Origin: an uncultured Chloroflexia bacterium
GTDB taxonomy: Bacteria; Chloroflexota; Limnocylindria; Limnocylindrales; CSP1-4
DNA length: 64,000 bases
NCBI GenBank assembly: GCA_963712745.1
Contig: CAVQJC010000005.1
Location: 64,001-128,000, forward strand
Direction: 5' to 3'
The translations under genes and the position numbers were made by a program. The notes beneath the pieces were generated by a model, which saw nothing but the letters and a program-made list of their open reading frames with translations, did not search any database and had not been told where the DNA came from. This document shows, piece after piece, positions 57,743-64,000 of the stretch. Every line of letters begins with the position of its first letter. Positions within the stretch are counted from its first letter, which is position 1.

Positions 57743-58444
57743 GTGAGGACGATCATCAAGGTCTTGGCGCTGCTCGGAGTCGGCATACTGCTCTGGTTCC
57801 GCGGGCGCGATTGGGCAGGCTACGTAGGCGATCACGTCGGCGTCGGGCGCAAGACGACCGGACCCATCGCGCGGGCCCTCTACAGACACGACCCGTGGCA
57901 CCGCACGGCATACCCCATGGCCCTCGAGAAGCTGGCGCTGGCCCCGGATGACACGTACCTCGACATCGCTTGTGGAGGGGGGACGCTGCTCTCACTGGCG
58001 CTCGAAACGGTGGACCGGGCGGCGGGCCTCGATCACAGCCCCGCCGCCGTCGAGGTAGCGCGGGAAACGAACGCCGCGGCGCTCGAGGCGGGTCGGCTCG
58101 AACTGCGGGAAGGCGACGCCGCGGACCTGCCGTGGGATGACGGCTCGTTCGACGCCGTCTCCAATCTCAACACCATCCACACGATGCAGGAGCCACGGCC
58201 TCTGCTACGCGAGGCCCATCGGGTCCTGAAGCCCGGTGGTCGGTTCCTGCTCATCACCCAGTCGGCCGAGTCGCTCGAAGGCCCGATGTGGGGATGGATG
58301 CGACGCTTGCTGGTGCTCCACGGCGACAGCGAACTGGCATCGATGCTGCGGGATGTCGGATTCTCGGAGGTGGAGGCCTACTCACCGGACGGGGATCGCC
58401 AGGTCGGCTACGGCATCAAGGCGACCGTCGAGGCCAGCGCGTAA
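57743..58444 (+). CDS. Membrane-anchored class I methyltransferase
   Basis: GTG start after GGAGG; N-terminal TM, YLDIACGGG, GDAADLPW, RVLKPGG; paralog of the 26211 C-terminal domain. Confidence 0.85.
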   Translation: MRTIIKVLALLGVGILLWFRGRDWAGYVGDHVGVGRKTTGPIARALYRHDPWHRTAYPMALEKLALAPDDTYLDIACGGGTLLSLALETVDRAAGLDHSPAAVEVARETNAAALEAGRLELREGDAADLPWDDGSFDAVSNLNTIHTMQEPRPLLREAHRVLKPGGRFLLITQSAESLEGPMWGWMRRLLVLHGDSELASMLRDVGFSEVEAYSPDGDRQVGYGIKATVEASA

Positions 58445-58515
58445 GCCCGCGGAGACAAGCCTCTTGGGCGCCGCCGCTGCGACGAGTTCCCCGCCAGGGG
58501 CGCACTGCGCGACCG

Positions 58516-58595
58516 ACGCTCCTCGATCGCACGATGATCGAGGCCTTCACCGCTTCGGCCGTCACGCTCGGAAGGCGGCACCTTCGCCACTCGAC
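58516..58595 (-). repeat. Distal, degenerate arm of the att-like repeat (array end)
   Basis: ACGCTCCTCGATCGCACGATGATCGAGGCCTTCACCGCT..GTCACGCTCG..CCTTCGCCACTCGA; no tRNA half. Confidence 0.75.
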
Positions 58596-58763
58596 CCGGT
58601 ATCCCGCTCGTGGAGCAGGCGCTGGCCAGGGCTCGCCTCGACCGCGATCTGGGCGAACGCCTCCGAGCATCGGGCAGCTTGCCTGGGCCCATGCGGGCCG
58701 TCCGGCTCTTGACCCTCCCCGCCCGGCACCGAAGATGGACACGACCGCCAGGGGGTGTGAGCG

Positions 58764-60029
58764 ATGCCCGAGTCACCATCCGGACGCCGCGTCGTCGTCA
58801 CCGGTCTCGGGGCTGTCACCCCCCTTGGCGCCGACGTCCCGTCGCTGTGGGAGGGCCTGGTCGCCGGCCGCTCCGGCATCCGGCGTATCAGTTCGTTCGA
58901 TCCATCGCGCCTGCGCTGCCAGATCGCCGGCGAGATACCCGACTTCGATGCGGAGGCCTCGCTCGACCACAAGCTCGTCCGGCGCTCCGATCGCTATACG
59001 CAGCTGGCGCTGGTGGCGACACGCGAAGCCATGCGAGACGCCGGCCTGCCCGAGCATCTCGAGGGTCGACTGGCGGAGGAGACGGGCATGCTCGTGGCCT
59101 CCTGTCTCGGCGGCAACGGAACGCTGGTCGACCAGATAGGAGCGTGGTCCGCGCGCGGTCCCGACCACGTCAGCCCCTTCTTCATTCCCATGGCCATCGC
59201 CAACATGGCATCAGCCCAGGCAGCCATCGACTGCGGGGCCCTCGGTCCCAACTACTCCACGACCAGCGCCTGCGCATCGTCCGGGCATGGGATCGGAGAG
59301 GCCACCGAGACCATCCTCCGAGGAGACGCCGAGATGATGGTCGCCGGCGGTTCCGATGCGCCGGTCTACGAGGTCACGGTCGCGGCCCTCGGTGCCATGC
59401 GCGCGCTCTCGGGCAGGAACGACGACCCAGCCGCCGCCAGCCGGCCCTTCGACGCGGGACGCGACGGCTTCGTCCTGGCCGAGGGTGCCGCCGCGCTCGT
59501 CCTCGAGGAGCTTGGCCACGCGGACGACCGCGGCGCAGACATCTATGTCGAGGTCCTCGGCTACGCGGCCACCACCGATGCCAGCCACATCACCCGGCCC
59601 GCACCCCGCGGCAGTGGAGCCCTACGCGCCGCCCGCCGCGCACTGGAGAAGGCCGGCATCGGAGCCGGCGATATCGATCTCGTAAGCGCCCATGCCACGA
59701 GCACGCCGGAGGGTGACAGGGCGGAACTGGAGTTCCTGCATACCCTGTTCGGCGAGCACGCCCGGGACGTCAGTGTCACTGCCACCAAGTCGGCGGTCGG
59801 CCACAGCCAGGGTGCGGCCGGAGCCATCGCCGCGGTCGCCGCGGTCAAGGCCATGACCGGCGGAGTCGTGCCACCGACGCTCAACCTCGATACCCCGGAC
59901 CCGGCCATCGGCGAGCTCGATTGCACGCCGGTCGAAGCGCGCGAGCGGAGGTGCGACGTCGCGCTCGTGAACGCCTTCGGCTTCGGCGGCCAGAACGCGG
60001 TGCTCGTCCTGCGCAGGTGGGAGTCGTAG
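58764..60029 (+). CDS. fabF: Beta-ketoacyl-ACP synthase II
   Basis: RRVVVTGLGAVTPLG, SACASSG, HATSTPEGD, KSAVGHSQGAAG, NAFGFGGQN. Confidence 0.9.
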   Translation: MPESPSGRRVVVTGLGAVTPLGADVPSLWEGLVAGRSGIRRISSFDPSRLRCQIAGEIPDFDAEASLDHKLVRRSDRYTQLALVATREAMRDAGLPEHLEGRLAEETGMLVASCLGGNGTLVDQIGAWSARGPDHVSPFFIPMAIANMASAQAAIDCGALGPNYSTTSACASSGHGIGEATETILRGDAEMMVAGGSDAPVYEVTVAALGAMRALSGRNDDPAAASRPFDAGRDGFVLAEGAAALVLEELGHADDRGADIYVEVLGYAATTDASHITRPAPRGSGALRAARRALEKAGIGAGDIDLVSAHATSTPEGDRAELEFLHTLFGEHARDVSVTATKSAVGHSQGAAGAIAAVAAVKAMTGGVVPPTLNLDTPDPAIGELDCTPVEARERRCDVALVNAFGFGGQNAVLVLRRWES

Positions 60030-60140
60030 TCCGGTCGGCACTTGACCTCCTTGTCGAAGGGAGGACCATGCGCAGCAGGAGAACCCGGGGTTGCGCCTCC
60101 GGGGTCACCGGGGGCGACCTCGGCCACGCCGAGGTGGGAT

Positions 60141-61478
60141 ATGCACATCGCGTTCATCGCCATGAGCGGGCTGCGCGCGTGGAACAGCGAGATCACTGAG
60201 GCCGGCCTGACCATGCCCGGCTTCCTCGAGCGCAGCGAGGTCATCGCCTCGCTTCCGAGTCTCGGGCTGCTGACCCTCGCTGGGATGACGCCCGACAGCT
60301 TCGACATCAGTTACCACGAGATCGAGGACATCCGCGACATGGGCGAGTTGCCCGATTGCGACATCGCGGCCATCAGCTCCTATTCCGCCCAGCAGAAGGA
60401 CGCCTACGAGCTCGCCGACCAGTACCAGGCAGAGGGCGTGCGCACCGTGCTCGGCGGACTCCACGTCTCGGCCCTGCCCCACGAGGCCCTCGAGCACGCC
60501 GATTCGGTGGTCGTCGGCGAGGGGGAGCTGGGCTGGGCCGACCTGGTCGGCGACCTGCAGGCTGGACGCCCCCTCCACGGCGTCTACGCGCCCGACGGCC
60601 GTGAGTTCGACCTGGCCGATTCGCCCATGCCGCGCTTCGATCTGCTCGACCCCGAGCGCTACAACCGGCTCACCGTCCAGTCACAGCGTGGGTGCCCGTG
60701 GCGTTGCGAGTTCTGCGCCTCGTCCATCCTCCTGACCCCCAAGTACAAGGTCAAGCCGGTCGAGCGGGTCATGGCCGAGATCCGCGAGATCCGGCAGATC
60801 TGGCCGAACCCCTTCATCGAGCTCGCCGACGACAACACCTTCGTGGATCGGCGTCACTCCAAGGAGCTGCTGCGGGCGATGGCGCCCGAAGGGCTGCGCT
60901 GGTTCACCGAGACCGACATCGGCATCGCTGACGACCCCGAGCTGCTGGAGTTGATGCGCATCTCCGGCTGCGCCGAGGTGCTCATCGGCCTCGAGAGCCC
61001 CACCGCCGAGGGCATCGACGGGGTCGAGCAACGAAGGAACTGGAAACGCTCGCGCTTCGACGACTACCAGGACGCCATCGCCCGCATCCAGGGCCACGGC
61101 ATCGCCGTCAACGGCTGCTTCGTGATGGGCCTGGACGGAGACGGGCCCGAGCTCTTCGAGTCGATCGAGCGGTTCGTGGAGGAGAGCGGCCAGTTCGACG
61201 TCCAGATCACGGTCATGACGCCCTATCCGGGCACACCCCTGTACGAGCGGCTCCTGCAGGAGGGTCGGCTACTCGAGGAGGGCGCATGGGAGAAGTGCAC
61301 GCTCTTCGACGTCAATCACGTACCGCTGGGCATGACCCCGGAGACGCTCCACCGCGAAGGCCTGGCCCTGGGCCTGCGCCTCTACACCGACGAGCGACGC
61401 AAGGCGCGGGCCAAGCGGTTCCGTGACCAGCGGCGCGCCTACGTCCGCAGCCATCGCACGAAGGAGGCTATCGCATGA
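60141..61478 (+). CDS. B12-binding domain radical SAM protein
   Basis: PSLGLLTLAGMTP, VLGGLHVS, RGCPWRCEFC. Confidence 0.9.
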   Translation: MHIAFIAMSGLRAWNSEITEAGLTMPGFLERSEVIASLPSLGLLTLAGMTPDSFDISYHEIEDIRDMGELPDCDIAAISSYSAQQKDAYELADQYQAEGVRTVLGGLHVSALPHEALEHADSVVVGEGELGWADLVGDLQAGRPLHGVYAPDGREFDLADSPMPRFDLLDPERYNRLTVQSQRGCPWRCEFCASSILLTPKYKVKPVERVMAEIREIRQIWPNPFIELADDNTFVDRRHSKELLRAMAPEGLRWFTETDIGIADDPELLELMRISGCAEVLIGLESPTAEGIDGVEQRRNWKRSRFDDYQDAIARIQGHGIAVNGCFVMGLDGDGPELFESIERFVEESGQFDVQITVMTPYPGTPLYERLLQEGRLLEEGAWEKCTLFDVNHVPLGMTPETLHREGLALGLRLYTDERRKARAKRFRDQRRAYVRSHRTKEAIA

Positions 61479-61894
61479 GTGCCTACCTCGACCGGATGAG
61501 TCACACCGACTGGCCCGGCTGGAAACCGTTCTTCCTCATCGCCGGCCTCTACGACGTCCTGCTCGGCCTCGCCTTCCTGGTCTTCGGCGAGCAGATCCTC
61601 GAATGGGTGGGCATGGACCTGCCGCCGCACATCGCCTACATCCAGCTGGCCGCCGTCTTCATCGCCGTGCAGGGCCTGAGCTACCTGCTGGTCTGGATGG
61701 AACCGACCCGCTACCTGGGGCTGGTGATGATCGGCGTGGTCTACAAGATCGCCTACGCCGGACTGGCGCTGTGGTATCTCATCATCGATGAGCTGCCCAG
61801 CGCCTTCTTCATCCCGTGGGCCATCATCGACATCGTCTTCCTCGTCGGCTTCCTGCTGTTCCTGCGCGCCGCCAGGCAGGCACAGGCTGCATGA
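61475..61894 (+). CDS. Hypothetical membrane protein
   Basis: About four hydrophobic segments; ATGA overlap. Confidence 0.7.
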   Translation: MSAYLDRMSHTDWPGWKPFFLIAGLYDVLLGLAFLVFGEQILEWVGMDLPPHIAYIQLAAVFIAVQGLSYLLVWMEPTRYLGLVMIGVVYKIAYAGLALWYLIIDELPSAFFIPWAIIDIVFLVGFLLFLRAARQAQAA

Positions 61895-62403
61895 TCCACC
61901 AGGCACTGGGCCGGCCGGTCCCGGTCGAGTTCACGGCTGACCCACGCGTCACCGGGCGGGTGAAGCGGCTGTCGCTGGTGAGCGCGATCATGCTCGGGCT
62001 CATCTGGGTCCTGGCCGTGGGGACGCTCGAGTCGCCCTACCTGGTGGGCGCCGCTCTGTTCGCGGGCTGGCTCCTGATGCCGCTGACGCTGGTGGCGAGC
62101 CTGTACCGGCCGACGGCTCGCTACTGGCTGGTGCTGCCTTCGACACTGGTGAGCCTGGGGCTGCTGGCGATCGTCCTCGGCTGGACGCCGGCAGAGCCCG
62201 CGGCCGCGTCTGGCTGGCTGCTCATGAGCGCGGGGGTGTTGCTAGGCGGCGGCATGGGCCTGTGGCTCTGGTTCCGCGTGCTCCCGGTCCCGACCCGCCT
62301 CGATGACCCCCTGTCCGGGGGCCGCTGGGCTCTGATAGGCGTCCACGTAGCGCTCGTCGTGACCGGCGCGACGCTGGTTCTCGCGACTGCCATCGCGGAC
62401 TGA
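61891..62403 (+). CDS. Hypothetical membrane protein
   Basis: ATGA overlap; multiple TMs. Confidence 0.65.
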   Translation: MIHQALGRPVPVEFTADPRVTGRVKRLSLVSAIMLGLIWVLAVGTLESPYLVGAALFAGWLLMPLTLVASLYRPTARYWLVLPSTLVSLGLLAIVLGWTPAEPAAASGWLLMSAGVLLGGGMGLWLWFRVLPVPTRLDDPLSGGRWALIGVHVALVVTGATLVLATAIAD

Positions 62404-62593
62404 GCTGTCGCTGGCGCTGCGGCTCATCGAGGAGCACGACCGCCTGGGCATGTTCGACGCTGTCCTGGCTGCCTGCGTGATGGGGTCGGGGGCGGAGGCT
62501 CTGGTCAGTGCGGACCGCGCCTTCGCCGCCGTCCGGGGACTCAGCCATCTCGACCCGGCAGGACCGGGGCTGCACGATCTCATCGGGACCTGA
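62402..62593 (+). pseudogene. C-terminal remnant of a PIN/VapC toxin
   Basis: ALRLIEEHDRLGMFDAVLAACVMGSGAEALVSADRAFAAVRGL; in-frame stop at 62348 upstream. Confidence 0.6.
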
Positions 62594-62640
62594 AAGACGC
62601 ACAAGACAGCAAGGGTCTGCGCCGCTAGCATTCGAGGCTC

Positions 62641-64000
62641 ATGCAGCCTGACCGAGTGACGGGGGAACGCCGCCCAGCCACGGCCCTCTTCGTCGATGTC
62701 GTAGGTTCGACCAGCCTCGCCGAACGGATGGACCCGGAGGACTGGGCTGCCACCATGGAGCGGGCCATGGCCATCATGACCGGCGCCGTGGAGCGGTATG
62801 AGGGCTGGGTCGCCTCGCATACGGGCGACGGGTTCATGGCCATCTTCGGGCTCCCGACCGCGCATGAGGACGACCCCGCCCGAGCCGTGAGCTCGGCCAT
62901 CGAGATGGTCGGTGCCATCGACGAGCTGGCCCGGGAGCTGCGCGCGGACCAGGTCGAGTTCCAGATCCGGGTCGGTATCAACACCGGCGAGGTCGTGGTC
63001 CGCGACACGTCCACCGCCGGTGCCACACGGGACTCGCGGCTGTACGGCGACACGCTCAACGTGGCCGCGCGCATGCAAACGGAAGCACCGCCCGGCGGCA
63101 TCATGATCACCGGCGAGACCTACGGACTGGTCAGCGGCCTCATCGAGAGCCGCCACATCGGCCCGGTCAGCGTCAAGGGCAAGGCCACCCCGGTCGAGGC
63201 CTACGAGGTCCTGGGGCGGACGGGTGTGCTGCGCTCCATGCGGGGGATCGCCGGGCTCACCAGCCCCATGGTCGGTCGCGACGACGAGCTGGCCAGGCTG
63301 CGGGCGACCCTGGCGCCGGTCCGGGCCGGACTCGGCCGCATGGCCGTGGTGGTGGGCGAACCGGGCATCGGCAAGAGCCGGCTGCTGTGGGAGCTTCGGC
63401 AGATCGCGGAGTCGGACGGCCTGGGCTGGTTCGAGGCCCGCACCGTCAGCTACGGCCGCAACCTGCCGCTGCACCTCGCGGTCGACCTGGTTCGCGCGCT
63501 CGTCGGCCTGCCCGACCCCATCGAGAGCATCCCCGCGGACCAGGCCAGTGCGCGCCTGGCGAGCCGACTGCAGGACCTGGCTGGGCCGGACACCGCGGAG
63601 ATCGGGCCGATCCTGAGCCACCTGCTGTCACTGCCCCTGGACGCGGCCGGCGCCGAGCGCCTGGAGCACATGGAGCCCAAGACGCTCAGGCTGCGGTACG
63701 GCGAGGCGATCGCGGCCCTCATCCGGGCGGCGGCCCGAGAGCAGCCGCTGGTCATGGTCTGCGATGACGTGCACTGGGCCGATGACGCTTCGACCGACCT
63801 CCTCCAGCCGCTGGCGGCGGCCGTGGCAGGTCAGCCGGTCCTGTGGGTCCTGGCCAGCCGCGCCGAGCGCGAGGCCCCCGGCTGGCGGCTCATCGGCGCC
63901 GCCGGGGAGGCTTTCGGCGAGGCCCTGGTCGACGTCCGCCTGCGGCCGCTCGAGGCTGACGCCGGCGAGCGACTGGTGGCCAATCTCCTGGAGATCGAGT
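62641..64000 (+). CDS. Adenylate/guanylate cyclase + AAA ATPase domain protein (partial)
   Basis: ERRPATALFVDVVGSTSLAE, GDGFMAIFG, RVGINTG, GDTLNVAARMQ, GEPGIGKSRL, CDDVHWAD. Confidence 0.9.
   Translation, partial: MQPDRVTGERRPATALFVDVVGSTSLAERMDPEDWAATMERAMAIMTGAVERYEGWVASHTGDGFMAIFGLPTAHEDDPARAVSSAIEMVGAIDELARELRADQVEFQIRVGINTGEVVVRDTSTAGATRDSRLYGDTLNVAARMQTEAPPGGIMITGETYGLVSGLIESRHIGPVSVKGKATPVEAYEVLGRTGVLRSMRGIAGLTSPMVGRDDELARLRATLAPVRAGLGRMAVVVGEPGIGKSRLLWELRQIAESDGLGWFEARTVSYGRNLPLHLAVDLVRALVGLPDPIESIPADQASARLASRLQDLAGPDTAEIGPILSHLLSLPLDAAGAERLEHMEPKTLRLRYGEAIAALIRAAAREQPLVMVCDDVHWADDASTDLLQPLAAAVAGQPVLWVLASRAEREAPGWRLIGAAGEAFGEALVDVRLRPLEADAGERLVANLLEIE

Larger units (their letters stand above)
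9754..58595 (-). mobile_element. tRNA-Pro-anchored tandem gene-cassette array (integron-like genomic island)
   Basis: About 17 full/near-full and several partial same-orientation repeats containing the 5' half of tRNA-Pro separate 0.7-4 kb cargo blocks; TA modules, duplications and pseudogenes present; no integrase seen. Confidence 0.8.

Noticed and set aside
12966-58595. Classical integron attC sites
   Set aside because: No RYYYAAC..GTTRRRY ends or full-length attC hairpin are visible, no intI, and the repeats contain tRNA sequence
9754-58595. Prophage or ICE
   Set aside because: No structural, replication, relaxase or conjugation genes recognised

Overview
High-GC bacterial DNA; the gene content suggests Chloroflexota (inference only). 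The left ~9.6 kb (ECF sigma/anti-sigma-like pair, ResB, trans-sulfuration enzyme, GSCFA + WcbI, GGDEF protein) and the right ~5.3 kb (fabF, B12-radical SAM, adenylate/guanylate cyclase-AAA) look like ordinary chromosome. The main feature lies between them. An intact tRNA-Pro(TGG) at 9679-9753 (- strand) is adjoined on its 5' side by a ~49-kb tandem array of small (0.7-4 kb) cargo segments. These are separated by about 17 full or near-full copies, plus several partial copies, of a ~210-bp direct repeat. On the - strand each repeat reads: tRNA upstream/promoter region, the 5' half of tRNA-Pro up to just past the anticodon loop, then a non-tRNA arm. This is the structure expected from repeated site-specific integration of small circles at the anticodon loop with 5'-half replacement, i.e. 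an integron-like cassette array anchored on a tRNA. I could not recognise an integrase in the window. Cargo is mostly small-molecule-modifying enzymes (SAM methyltransferases, alpha/beta hydrolases, serine hydrolases, MBL folds, F420 nitroreductases, sulfatase, VOC/SnoaL) plus three toxin-antitoxin pairs. There are many duplications, fusions and pseudogenes, and a second conserved, apparently structured leader sits in front of unrelated cargo genes. All calls come from reading the sequence by eye; no searches were run and repeat boundaries are approximate.
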